The notes beneath the pieces were generated by a model. That model did no database searches. It was not told the origin of the DNA and was given only the letters and a program-made list of their open reading frames with translations. From Callorhinchus milii (lineage: Eukaryota), in assembly GCF_018977255.1 (NCBI RefSeq), contig NW_024704743.1, forward strand, positions 86,554,001 to 86,618,000: a DNA stretch of 64,000 nucleotides, given 5' to 3'. Position numbers and translations under genes: made by a program. Numbering within the stretch: the stretch's first letter is position 1; the number at the start of each line of letters is the position of its first letter. Shown here one piece after another: positions 48,136 to 60,463 of the stretch.

Positions 48136-48422
48136 TACTTCGCTCCACCAGGACTGGCCTTCTCCTTATCCCCGTTCCACCATCGGCGGCCGTGCCTTCA
48201 GCCATTATGCCCCTAGGCTCTGGAACTGCCTTCCTCACTCCCTTCGCCTCATCCCCTCTCTTCCTACTTTTAGGTCTCGGCTGAAGACCTTTCCTTTCGA
48301 CCGCGCCTTTGGTCACCTTCCTCCCCCTCCTCCTGGCTCGGCCCCGGGATTCGTTACTGTGAAGTGCTCTGAGATGCCGTTCGGCGTGGAGGGCGCTATA
48401 TAAATCCAAGTTGTTGTTGTTG
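48136..48422 (+). mobile_element. L2 (GTCC-loop subfamily) 3' end, inside CR1
   Basis: Closely similar to 18540-18842; tail GAGATGCCGTTCGGCGTGGAGGGCGCTATATAAATCCAAG(TTG)n. Confidence 0.9.
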
Positions 48423-49322
48423 TATTTTCATACAATCTTTGCCCCTCTTTTTTCCTTTTTTAGTTCTCCTCCGTACCTTCTATATTCTGTTTGATTATCT
48501 TCTGTATTTGGACCTGACATTTATCATAAGCCTCCTTTTTCTGTTTTATTTTAATCCCTATTTTCTTAGTCATATAGAGAGCTTTGGATCCCTTACCTTT
48601 CCCCTTATCGGAATGTATTTGTTCTGTTTCCGAACTGTCTCCTCCTTGAAGGCTTCCATTGCTCATTAGCTGGTTTACTTCTGATTTACAATCTTTCTTT
48701 CGATTCCGTCTTGGCTACTTCCCTTTTCAATTCACTGAAATTAGTTCTATTCCAGTTGAGTATCTTCACCTTTAGTTTTAGAATTTGGATGAAATTTAGT
48801 TAAGAATGGGGACAGGCCTGATGATGTAGTGAAGGGAACTACGACCAAATAACTGGGAGTTTGCTGGTTTGAATCCCAGTCAGTGCTGAGTTTGCTGGTC
48901 TCAAATTCCATGCAGTACTGCATGGGGAGGATAAATAAGCCTCCACTTTTCTTGGGTTAGGGAAGTTGAATCAGCTGGGATTACTGATCCTCTTCTGCAC
49001 CCTCCACTGGTAGTGTGTGTGCGTGGCAACTGGGTGGGAGAAGGTCAGTTTCGCTATGAAGCCTTCTACAATCAAGTGACCTGCGACACTCATTGAACAA
49101 AGTAAGATTTCCATTTGATTAATCTTTGGTGGGGGAAGGACTTTTCCTACAAATGCTCCTGGCAGGTCTAGGAACCACCGCATTCTTAGTCAATTGGCAG
49201 ATCGCTTTTTTTCTGGGGGTAATAATTCCTGAAAAAATAATAACTTGATCAATTCAATCCACGGCTGTGCACTGCTGTGCACAATTGGCTGCCATGATTC
49301 ACCGACAAAATATATAATCACT

Positions 49323-51672
49323 ACAACAACAACAAAATTACATTTGCAAAAGCGCCTTTCACATCAGGAGGACGTCCCAAGGCCCTGATCAGGACCCAAG
49401 CGTGAGGAGACAGGGTTGGGGTGAGGGAGAGCAGAGAGGTAGGAAGGCAGCTGAAGGCATGGTCAAAAAGGAAGGTCTTGAATTGTGCCTTCAAGGAGGC
49501 AAAGGAGGGAGGAAGGCCGAAGGGATTGTGGGATGGAGTTCCAAAGAGTGGGGGCAGAGAGGCTGAAAGCCCAGCTACCGATGGTAGGACGGGTTGGGCG
49601 AGAGACATGGAGCCTGCTGAGCGGAGGGAATGGACAGGTTGATAGGGGGTCAGCAGGTCAGAGATATAGGAAATGGAAGGCTGTGGAGGGCCTTCAAGGT
49701 GAGGATATTTAATCCTATCCTTTGAGGAACAGGGAGCCAGTGGAGCTGAGAGAGGGTGGGGCTGATGGGGTCATGGAGCCTGTTGCGGGAGAGGACATGA
49801 GTTGCAGCGTTCCGGATGACCTGCAGCTGGTGGAGGGAAGAGCTGGATAGGCCGACAAGGAGGGAGTTTCCATGGTCAAGCCTTTAGGTGACAAATGAAA
49901 GGACAGTTGAGGGTCAAACAAGATGCCCAAGTTCCTGACTGGTTGGGTGAGGTGGAGTGTGCATACGTGGACGCTCATGCTGGCAGTGCCTGAGGTGCAG
50001 AGCCAATCAGGGGAGCCTCAGTCTTGCTGACATTCAGCTGTAGAAAGTTGTCTCTCATCCAGGACATAATATCAGACAGACAGTCTGTCAGGACATCAGT
50101 TGTCCTGGTCTCAAGGGTGGAGGCAGAGAGATAGAGTTGGGTGTCATCCGCATACATGTGGAAGTTGACCCCATGTCTGCGGATGATGTCCCTAAGTGGG
50201 AGCATGTAGAAGTTGAAGAGGAGGGGACCGAGGACAGAGCCCTGAGGAACGCTGCACCAGATAAGACTGTGCGAAGGCTGGAAGAGAAACCATTGGCGGT
50301 GACAAATTGGAGACGATATGAGAGATAAGGCCTAAACCATCCAAGGACAGAACCTTGAAGGTTGAGGTGAGAGGCAGTGAAGGAGGATGGAATGGTCCAC
50401 GTTATCGAAGGCAGCAGAGAAGTTGAGGAGGCAGAGGGAGCCCTAATCACAAATGGACAGGATGTCGTTTGTCACCTTGACCAGAGCAGTTTCCAGACCA
50501 GCACCAATTGGAGGGACTCGTGAAGGGAGTGGTAGGAGAGGAATGAACGAAGCTGGGAAGCAACAACTCTTTCAATGACCTTGGGAAAAAAAGGGAGGTT
50601 GGAGATGGACCAGTAGTTAGGAAGCAGGGATGGGTCCAGGGAAGGTTTCTTCCGGCTGGGGGTGATTTTAGCTGTTTTTAGGGGGATGGGAACAGTGCCC
50701 AGTGATAAGGAGAGATTGATGGTGTTGGAGAGTAGAAGGGCAAGGAAGTGGAGCTGGGAGGTAAGGAGCGGGGTGGGGATGGGATCAAGGGAGTATGTTT
50801 CATGCTGGATACGGTGGTTATGAGAGAGAAGGGACAGACAGGTTTGAAGATGTGGAGGAAGGGATGGGTGGGGGTCGGAGTGTGGGGGAGAGATGGGGAG
50901 AGAGTGGCGGTTGGGAGGGCTGAGGCAGCTAAACAGATCCCCTCGATTTTGGACTCAAAGAAATCCAGCATCTCCTCATAGTCAGAGTTTGAGAGAGAAT
51001 GGGCGAGGCGAGGGAGGGAGGGTGGATGGAGGAGCCGGTTGGTGGTGGAGAATAGGAGCCTGGGGTTGTCCTTCAGCTCCAAGATTATCTTGGAGTAGAA
51101 GGATGATTTGGCGGCGGCGAATGTGGAATGGTACATTTTGATGTGATTCAGCCAGTGGACCATTAGGTCAGACTTGAGCCAGGTGCGTTCGTCGGCCCTG
51201 ACCCTTGAGGGAGCGGAGGTGGCTGGTGTACCAGAGTGAGGTTCATGAGTAGGAGGCGATTCAGGAGGTGAGGAGGGCAAGGGTATCAAGAGTGGTGGAA
51301 AGGCAGTTGTGGAGGAGAGTGAGTGAGGAGGATAAATCAGTGCTGGAGGTAGGCCAGAGGGGGAGGAGTTCAGATGAATCCATGCCAGCGGAGAGGGATT
51401 GCGGGGAGATTTTTTCAGGAGTGCAAGGAGATGGAGGTGGGTTTGGTGGTGGTGGGGAGTGGGATTGAGGAGTTAAAGGAGATGAAATGGTGATCAGAAA
51501 TGGCTTTGTCTGTGATTGTGAAACACTGAGGCCCCGGATAATCACCAGGTCGAGTGGGTGGCCATGAACGTGGGTGGCAGAGTGGATGTGGAGGGAGAGG
51601 TTGTGAGAGGAAAGCAGAGAGGGGAAATCTGACGTGATAGAGCAGGAGGGGGTGAAGATTTAAGGCGTTCAG
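49323..51672 (-). mobile_element. L2 LINE (CTCC(C/T) loop), longest copy, extending into the late endonuclease region; many indels
   Basis: [33 protein letters not shown] and ITDKAISDHHFISF (APE C-terminal SDH motif). Confidence 0.92.
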
Positions 51673-51774
51673 AACACTACACTTTACAGTATAATCTGTG
51701 AAGCACTGTGAAGCACGAAGATGTGACAAGGCTCCATATCAAATGCAGGGATTATTATTATAGGCACAGCGATA

Positions 51775-51930
51775 AACACACATGATGACAGAGGAGAGAC
51801 ACAGAGACACACACACAAGTAGAAGAGGCACATGCAGACACACTCAAAAACATACACGGAGGAGAGAGACACACACACACAGACACAAACACATGGAGAG
51901 AGACACTCACACACTCACAAACAGTCACAC
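51775..51930. repeat. (CA)/(GA)-rich simple repeat
   Basis: Directly visible. Confidence 0.8.
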
Positions 51931-53186
51931 AGTGGTGATGCCAAAGGAGTTTTAAGATGGCATTATCACATTGTGTGCCCTGCCCTTAAAGACGTTGCAT
52001 GCCGGATGCCTTTGAAAGAAGTCTGTGGCCTTCAATCCAATAGTAATAAGGAAATGCTGTGTGAGAAATTAGTAGATAAGGGTCGAAACTACCACACCAG
52101 GAGAGTGAGGCGTGCAAAGCAAACAGCATTGTTCTGCTCACAAAACTTAGTACAATAATAGTGTGAGGCACGGCGGGAGGTAGGGAACTTACAATAGGAT
52201 GGAATGGAGGCATTTTCACACTTTCCGGACTGACCTCGAAGGGTGGTGATGGTGCAGGGTGGGGGCACGGATAAAGGAGTATGAATAATAAGACAAAAGA
52301 CAGCAAGAAGCAACGGTAAAATAAAAATATAGTAATGTTACATCCTAAAGAAAAGCAGGACCAGACCAGAAAGTGATGTAATATAGATTTTGAAAACAAG
52401 GTACCAATTAGAGCACAGCTAGTTACGGGACACATTTATAACAGAAAGACATTAACATTAATAACAGATTCAACAGTAAGAGTAAAGAGAGGTCAGGGGC
52501 ACTCAGTGACATTTATCATTAAAGACCAGGGTGGTAATCTTAAAGGAATTCAGTGTTGGTTTTGTAATTTTGTAACAACAGATAAGAAAATGCCAAAAGT
52601 GAAGGGATGAACTTGAGAATATTAATAATGGAATGGACATTGGCTCTAACAAAGGGGAAAAAAAAGAACAGAAACAGAAACATTGGAAATCCATAGCATC
52701 CGAAAGAGATAGTAGGTTAGCATTACATCAGCATTGAAGAGAGCTCCAGTGAGGGAGATAGAAAGGGTCATAAAGACATAACATGGCAAAGCAGTTAATA
52801 AATCATTACACCAGAAGGCAGCTTGATAGACCATTATCATACTGAAACTTATGCCAAATAGTATCTATTAATGAGAATAGAGAAAGCACAGATGAATTAA
52901 CACAATTAACACCCGTTATGAAACACCAAACCTTGTTCAACTCACATTGAAAGCTGACAATTGGTCATAGGATAGTCTGGATATCTGTCTTTGTCATTGA
53001 TTTTAAAAAAAAGTGACAGTTCACTTACCAGGTGACTTTTATGCTACTTCATTGTGGTTGAATATGCACAGTTTGAGAGTGAGGGACTTTCTCCTAGCGT
53101 CCTGGTAAACAATCCTCCAGATAAAATTGGTCATCCACTTTATTAATGTTTGTGGGACATTGTTGTGCAAAAATTGGCTGACTTGT

Positions 53187-53240
53187 CAGTATACTTTGCA
53201 GTATACTTTGCAGTGTACTTTGCAGTATACTTTGCAGTGT
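53187..53240 (+). repeat. 12-bp tandem repeat (CAGT(A/G)TACTTTG) x4.5 inside a DeuSINE 3' region (~53080-53300)
   Basis: Directly visible. Confidence 0.9.
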
Positions 53241-53509
53241 GAAGCGATTTGAAATACCCTACAGATGTGAAAAGTGAAATATCAAATGCATAGATTATTA
53301 TTAATTGCAAAAGTTGCAATCACAACCAGTATTTTGCTTCAGAATTGTTTCTTGGCCAAGAAAGACCCAAAACCTCTGACAAAAGTTGGAAAGCAAAACA
53401 TTACTTTGCTGTCCTTTAGCATGGTGACATTTAAATAAATCATGCAATGTCAACGTAAGCTACAACTGAAAATGTGCACAATGACTTCAGTTTGCAAATG
53501 TTGCATTTT

Positions 53510-53840
53510 GTCTGCTTAGCTCAGTTGGTAGGACTCTGACCTCTGGATCAGAAAGTTATGGGTTCAAGCCCACATTGAGACTTTGAGCTCTCAGTCGAGG
53601 GTGAACTCAAATGCAATACTGGGAGAATTTTGTTGTATTGTGAGTGGCACATCCTTTACACGAAATGTTAAAGCATGACCATATCTGTCTGTTCAGATGG
53701 AAAGAATCTCATCACAAAGAGAAGGGAACTTCTCCCAGTAGTGTGACTAAACATCCTTAAAATAAATTGATTATTTCCTTTTATAGCTGTTTGTGGGGCT
53801 TTGCTTCGGGAAAATTGGCTGCTGCAGTTGCCTACAAACA
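53510..53840 (+). mobile_element. Old DeuSINE (head plus Deu core)
   Basis: CTTAGCTCAGTTGGTAG..GGGTTCAAGCCCACA..CTGTTTGTGGG..AAATTGGCTGCTGC. Confidence 0.75.
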
Positions 53841-54204
53841 CGCAACTCAAAATAATTTGCTGCCCCTCCCTCCACCCCACAGATGTTCGATAGCTTTAAC
53901 TTAAGAGAGATGAATTTACCATAAAATGCCTACAATATGCATGATACAAGCACTTTTTTTAAAACCCACTCAGGTGTTTGCAGGACCTGAACAATCCAGC
54001 AAGCACAGAGAAAATCTTACAGGCCACTGCCAACACACAGCACATACTTCACCTAGCAGCAGTTAGTGACCTCAATAGCAATTTATTATTTTGGTATTAG
54101 TGACACAGGTAGACTGTTTTACAATGGGTAACTGCATTGCAAAACTATCATTTAATTTTCATCGTAATTTTGCTGGTTGAGTATTCAAACAAAAAATACT
54201 TCTC

Positions 54205-54262
54205 CCAGAAATCTGCCGCCCTAGGCAGCTGCCTTGTTTGACTATAGCTAGAGCAGCCTCTG
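54205..54262. mobile_element. Possible Harbinger-type non-autonomous DNA transposon terminus
   Basis: GCCGCCCTAGGCAGCTGCCTTGTTTGACTATAGCTAGAGCAGCCTCTG resembles remembered ..GCCTAGAGCCGGCCCTG ends. Confidence 0.3.
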
Positions 54263-54529
54263 CACTGGGGATGATGTAGCCCAAATGTTAGAGCCAAAAT
54301 GGGAAAGTGTTGATCAGTGGGGAGCATATGAAGGTGAAAAACATTGATTCTGTTTTTCTGTTACTCGAAGTGGTGTATGGACCAGTCCAACATTGGCTTT
54401 GGGAGCCTAGATTTGTATCAGCCCCAACGTCAGCATTCTCAACAAGGTGTCTAGTAGAGTTAGTTATAGTGAATCTATAATTAGTAATATAACAACAATC
54501 CTTACATTTGTTGTGATATAATAATTAAT

Positions 54530-55002
54530 ACTAATTGTTACATTTGACATAGAACCTTTCACTTCGGGAAGATATATGTTTCAGAGTGCTTCACAGGATA
54601 TGCTGTAAAGAGCAGTGACTGTGTATTTGTGCATGAATGCTGCATCCAACTTGTACACAGCAATGCCTTACAAACAGTGATGAAGTGAATGAACTTTTTT
54701 TATTTTTTGGGATTGTTGGCCAGGAGGCCGGGAAAAACTAATTTCTCTTTTTAATTAGTGCTATGGGATCTCTAACGTTCACTCGAACAGTCAGACAGGA
54801 CCTCAGTTTAATGTCTTATCCAAACACAGAACCTCCAACAATACAGCACCCCCCAGTACTATATTGGAGTATCAGCACTTTGAGATGCCCTCCTGACATG
54901 CAAGGCCCTATATATATATGAGTTCCAAGTCCCAATATGGGCCTTGAAACCATAACCTTCTGACTCAAAGATAAGTGTGCTACTAAGTGAGCCAGCCTAA
55001 CA
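54530..55002 (-). mobile_element. Old full-length DeuSINE
   Basis: Reverse-complemented tail, Deu core (GGGATCTCTAACGTTCAC..CAGACAGGACCTCAGTTTAATGTCT) and head. Confidence 0.75.
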
Positions 55003-56669
55003 CGTGAACTATGTTGCAGGGCTTCACAGATAATTCCTGTAAAGGGCAGCAACTTTACACCTGTATACAAACTTAAGCAGCAAATTTTGAGTACACCATA
55101 TAAATACATAGACTAGACAGCACAGAAACAAGCTATTCAGCTCAACTAGTCCAAGTTGGTGTTTATACTCTACCTGAGTCTCTATCTCTTCAATCCCATC
55201 TCCCCCCACCCCCACTATCCCTCTCAAGGATTGTTGGCCAGGACACTGGAAGAAACTTCCTTCTTTCAAATAGTTTCATGGGATCTTTATTGTCAAATGG
55301 AACTGGCAAACTGGACCTTGGTTTAACATCTCATCTGATGGACAATCTGATGCATTAATATGAAAATTGTAGGACTTTGATTATCCACCAAAGTGAAAGG
55401 GAATTCACTTAGTGGGTAATTGAGATGCCAGTGTATGCTGAAGCGAGCGTGAGGAAGTGTGGTGTCCACATGGCTTTCTGACATTTGCATTCAATTGCCT
55501 GTGTAATGCATCTGGCTGTTATTCAGCAGATTACCAGCACATTTTTGGACCACCTACAGTATCACACAGGCAGTCACATTAAGGGCAGTGTGCTCCAGGC
55601 TCCCATGGTTACAGTAAACAGAATCTTGCTGTATACATTAGTTGTTCTAAAATACCTTCCACATTACTGACAGGGTCAGCCTCATTGACAGCAACTAATG
55701 GGAGATATCATTGTTTGTGTAGGGGATTTCTAACTGTTTACTTTGCATCTTACTGCTCACTGCATGCCTTAAATACAAGTGCTCATCCCTGGATACTAAT
55801 CCTTCATGACATGGTAGTTGCACAGAGCTTAAGGGAAATTATATCTATGGTGGAATGTGAATTCCAGTGTCAGCTTTAAAACTTTCATGTGTGGGAAACG
55901 TTTCTCTCAGTGTTAAGTTTCACAACTAAATAATTGATTATGCTTATATTATTTTTTCTCTATTTTCTGCTTGATTTTGTAAAACTTTGTGAAGGAGAAG
56001 CAGATCAACTCTGGCAACAACACTGATTGGAGTTCAACAGTTTCATTACGCACTTTCTGTACCGGAATCCTCAAACACTACCCTCATTCTTATGGTTTGA
56101 ACAATTTCAAACCAATAATGTTTCAATCAATGCTAATTTAAGACCCAAGTCTTTTTCATGCTTTCGGCCACCTCTCCTGAGCTCTTCCCCCACCCCACCA
56201 ACCCCCACCTTCCACAGCTTCTCTTCCAACCCCCCCACCCCTTGCTACTCGGGTTCCTAACCAGTCTGTGATTCAGCTGTTTGAAGCGCTTTAAGACGCC
56301 CTCCAAAATAGTTGTTGGATGGAATATGGCATTGTGCTCGCAGTCTACAGTCATATATAATTTCACCAGAAATATTAAAAAAGCAGAGAATTTTGGAAAT
56401 AAAAAAACAAACAAAATATGGGAAGTCCACAGCAGGTGAATCAGCAGCAGAAAGTTAAGCATAAGTCAATGCTTGGTGTGACCTTCCATCACATCTGTTG
56501 ACTTTGCATATGCTTTGACCAGTTATGCATATCGTCAGGAGTGAAAGATGAGTGATCAAAGTACTTGTACTAGAATGCTCTTAGTCTCCACCACAGAAAG
56601 AGGGGAAATCTCAGGTTGCATCTTGAATCACATTTTTAAACAGCAAATCCTGGCTGTATCATGGATGTT

Positions 56670-57070
56670 GATCTGTTGTTTCCACTTGTGGTGAGTCCAA
56701 AATTAGAGGATATGAATATAAGATTAGCCAGTAACAGGATCTGAGATATTTGGGAAGGACAAGTTTGCAGGGCCATGGGAATGGGACTAATTTGGACATC
56801 TTTCAAAGAGCTGGCTACATTCTGTGCTGTACAATCCTATGATTATATAAGAGAGAGTTTCGGAGTAACTTCTTCATGCAGAGGGTGGAATGTGGAAATC
56901 ACTGCCGGAAGCTGTCATTCAAGCAATACACATCAATTTATTTAAAACAAAACTTGCTGCACAGCTGAGAGAGATGGGATTAGAGGCTATAAGAGAAGGA
57001 ATGGGAGGGGTGGAAGCTCATATGGAGTATAAACAGAGGCATGGACTAGCGGAACTGAATAACCTGATCA
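56670..57070 (+). mobile_element. CR1 3' fragments (two interleaved)
   Basis: TTTCCACTTGTGGTGAGTCCAAAATTAGAGG; TTCTTCATGCAGAGGGTGGAATGTGGAA; ATGGAGTATAAACA. Confidence 0.6.
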
Positions 57071-57659
57071 AGAATTGACTATATATAAAAAAATTCTGAA
57101 TACCTCAATTAAGATCCCAGTGCCCCAAACCAGGAAGGACAGTGGCCAGCCAGAGTTCCCTCTCTGAACTGTTAGACAATGATCCCTGCTGGATCGTGAG
57201 TGAAAGTGGATTTCAGGTGAGGATTGGATCAGCTTTCATGGTAGTGCTCCTCTAATTGTTGAATAACCTACCACTGTACCACTGCCTATGCATACACACG
57301 AAGAAAAGTCTGTTCAGCAAGGTATTGAAGAGCTGTTAACTTTAGTGTAACACTGCCACAGTATGATTCAGCATTGTATGAGAGAGGGAAGAAAAGTAAA
57401 TTGGGAAATATATGCTCACTGTTATTTTATGCAATATAGATTTAATCCATTCTGAATGAGCAATGTCTTAATAATTCATTGGTGGGATAATCTCATTACA
57501 AATAGGTGAATGTGCTCTGTGCCTCACAAAAGTCGCAGACAAAGAACAAGCTCCACATACCACCAGCAAGCTAACTTTACACCTTCAGATAATTAATCAC
57601 ATTAGCCGCAAGAAAAGATGACAGCAGTTGGAAATAGGAACCCTGGAGCATATTTAGTT

Positions 57660-58072
57660 CTCAGCCTGGCTCAGTTGGCAGCATTCTTGCCTCTGAATTA
57701 AATGGTTGTGGATTTGTGCCCCACATAAGGACTTTGAACTCACATAGTTTAGGCTGACATTCCAAAATAGTGCTGGGAGAGTGCTGCATTGTTGGAGGTC
57801 CTGTCCTTCAGTTGAGGTGTTAAACCGAAGTCTCGTCTGCCTGTTTAGAATGGACGTTAAAGATCTTATGGTACCGTTTGAAAAAAGAAGTGAATTTCTC
57901 CAGTGTGTCAGCCAACAATTCCCCCAAATACAATGCGTCATTCACTTCATGGCTGTTTATGGGATTGCTGTGCATAAATTGGCTGCTGCAATACACAATC
58001 ACTGGACTTTACTAGAATTTCTGTGATGCGCTTTGTGACATACTCCTGACGTGAAAGGTGCAATATACAAGG
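57660..58072 (+). mobile_element. Old full-length DeuSINE
   Basis: TCAGCCTGGCTCAGTTGGCAGC head, complete Deu core, and tail GACATACTCCTGACGTGAAAGGTGC. Confidence 0.82.
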
Positions 58073-58392
58073 ATCATAATTTTTCTAATTTTTATTACAG
58101 TCATACCAGCTAATCTAGAAATAATAAGAGATATATAATAATAGATCATCTTATTATTAACAACAATGCTAATGTTAAAATTATTACAATAATGTTAATA
58201 TTAACAATATTATTTAAAATAACGTTGATAAGAATCAATGATAACATTTGATAAGATATTGCCTTATGCTGAAACAACTCAAATGAGTTCCTTTAGAAAG
58301 TTGTGACATTATATATGTTATGGCATAAATCAAGCAATATTCAATCCAGAAAAAACTGGAAACACACTATTAATTGAACATGGACTTACCTA

Positions 58393-60382
58393 AACAACAA
58401 CAACAACAACAAGATTCCATTTATAAAGCGCCTTTCACGTCAGGAGAACGTCCCAAGGCGCTGCACAGTTGGGTCATGACCCGAGCAGGGGGGAAATGGT
58501 CAGGGGAGGGGAGAGAGCGAGGAGGGGGGAAATGGTCAGGGTGAGGGGAGGGAAGGGAGGGAGCGAGGAGGGGGAAGAGAGTCGAGAGGGGAGCTGAAGG
58601 CTCGGTCAAAGAGAAAGGTTTTGAGACCGGCCTTGAAGGAGGAAAGGGAGGAAGCAAGGCGAAGGCACTGGGGGATGGAGTTCCAGAGCCTGGGGGCTGA
58701 GAGGCTGAAGGCCCGACCACCGATGGTAGGGCGGTTGGGGCGGGGGACGTGGAGCAGACCGGAGCCAGAGGAACGGAGGGTACGGGCAGGTAGGTAGGGG
58801 GATAGTAGGTTGGAGAGGTAGGAGGGAGCAAGGCCGTGAATGGCCTTGTAGGTGAGGATGAGGATCTTGAAATCAATCCTCTGGGGGATGGGGAGCCAGT
58901 GGAGGCGAGCGAGGGTGGGAGTGATGTGGTCCCGAAGCCTGGTGCGGGACAGTACACGAGCTGCAGAGTTCTGAATGACCTGCAGCTTGTGGAGGGAGGT
59001 GGCGGGAAGGCCGGCGAGGAGAGAGTTCCCATAGTCCAGCCTTGAGGTGACAAAGGCGTGAACCAGGGTTTCAGCAGCGTGAGGGGTGAGGTAATGCCGT
59101 AGTCTGGCGATGTTCCGGAGGTGATGGAAGGCGGTGCCAGTTGTGGTGCGGATGTGAGGGAGAAAGGACAGCTCAGGGTCGAACAAAACGCCGAGGTTCC
59201 TGACTGGCTTTGAGAGGTGGAGAGTGCAGCCTTGGATGCTGATGGTGTCAGCGCCTGAGGTGCGGAGGCGCTGACGTGAGCCAATCAGGAGGGCCTCGGT
59301 TTTTCGCACGTTGAGCTGAAGAAAGTTGTCTCTCGTCCAGGACTCGATGTCGGACAGGCAGGCTGTCAGGACATCGGTGGTCGTGGAGTTGAGAGTAGAG
59401 GAGGAAAGGTAGAGTTGGGTGTCATCCGCATACATGTGGAAGTTAACCCCATGTCTGCGGATGATGTCACCAAGGGGGAGCATATAGAGGGTGAAGAGGA
59501 GGGGACCAAGGACAGAGCCCTGAGGGACACCACATGAGACAGTGCGGGGGTGGAGGAGAAGCCATTCGTCGAGACAAAATGAAGACGGTGAGAAAGGTAC
59601 GACCTAAACCATTCAAGGACAGTGCCTTGAAGGTTGAGGTGGGAGGACAAGCGGTGGAGTAGGATAGCGTGGTCGACCGTATCGAATGCTGCCGATAGGT
59701 CGAGGAGGACGAGGAGACAGAGGGAGCCCTGGTCACAGATGGTCAGGATATCATTGGTGACCTTGACCAGGGCAGTTTCTGTGCTATGGGCAGCACGGAA
59801 ACCTGACTGAAGGGGTTCGAAAAGAGAATGGGTGGAAAGGAAAGAGCGCAGTTGGGAGGCGACAACTCTTTCCAAGACCTTGGAGAGAAAGGGGAGGTTG
59901 GAGATGGGCCGGTAACTTGATAGCTGCGACGCATCAAGGGAGGGTTTTTTCAGGGTGGGCGTGATGATGGCAGTTTTTAATGGAATGGGGACAGAGCCAG
60001 AGGAGAGGGACAGGTTGATGATGTCAGTGATATGTGGGGCAAGAAAGTGGAGCTGGGAGATAAGGAGTGGAGTGGGGATGGGGTCAAGGGAGCAGGTGGT
60101 TGGTTTTAGGGATAGGATGAGTTCAGTGACAGAGGGTGGGGAAACGGGTACGAAGGTGTGTAGGGGAGGATGGGTAGGAGTCGGAGTGTGGGAGGGAAGG
60201 GGTGGGTGGTGGGTGGAAGTTGGAGGGGAAGTGACCGCGCAGCGGATTCCCTTGATCTTGGATTCAAGGAAATCCAGCATCTCCTCGCAGTGAAGGTTGG
60301 AGGAGATGACCTGCGCGGGGTGGCGGGGGGGACGGAGGAGTCGGGTTGTGGTGGAAAACAGTAGCCTGGGGTTGTTCGTGCG
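58393..60382 (-). mobile_element. Young L2 LINE, 5'-truncated, near-intact RT ORF (single frameshift near 59546-59550)
   Basis: ORFs 59366-60631 and 58536-59483 give YRPISNLPFLSKVLE, QSGFR..HSTETAL, LLDLSAAFDTVDH, YADD, and a C-terminus to KTFLFDRAF; (TTG)n tail. Confidence 0.96.
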
Positions 60383-60386
60383 AATG

Positions 60387-60463
60387 TTTGGAGGCCACTT
60401 TTTGATGGCTCCACAGGCCACTACCTGCCCACAGTCCATGGGTTGGCCACCACTGATATAGAC
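60387..60463 (-). mobile_element. Possible hAT (Charlie-like) non-autonomous element end
   Basis: Minus strand GTCTATAT|CAGTGGTGGCCAACCCATGGACTGTGGGC..GGCC resembles an NTCTANAN target site plus a CAG(T/G)GGTGGCCAAC TIR. No partner end was found. Confidence 0.4.

Larger units (their letters stand above)
46417..48780 (-). mobile_element. CR1 LINE with internal deletions, in three pieces (46417-47321, 48045-48135, 48423-48780) separated by two L2 insertions
   Basis: KTLVRPQLEYCAPFWAPH..LERLQRRFTR..LSYEERLEKLGLFSLEQRRLR; VDVLNEYFVSVFT..DKSPSLDRMHPRFL; IKQKKEAYDKCQ and KGNPKVFYKHI-like segments. Confidence 0.88.

Noticed and set aside
58080..58260. AT-rich tract with repeated TAACAA/TAATG motifs
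   Set aside because: Low-complexity decay with no consistent period or structure.
58421..59284. 287-aa Ser/Pro-rich ORF overlapping the RT (and similar ORFs in other L2 copies)
   Set aside because: Alternative frames of C-rich L2 sequence are naturally stop-poor.
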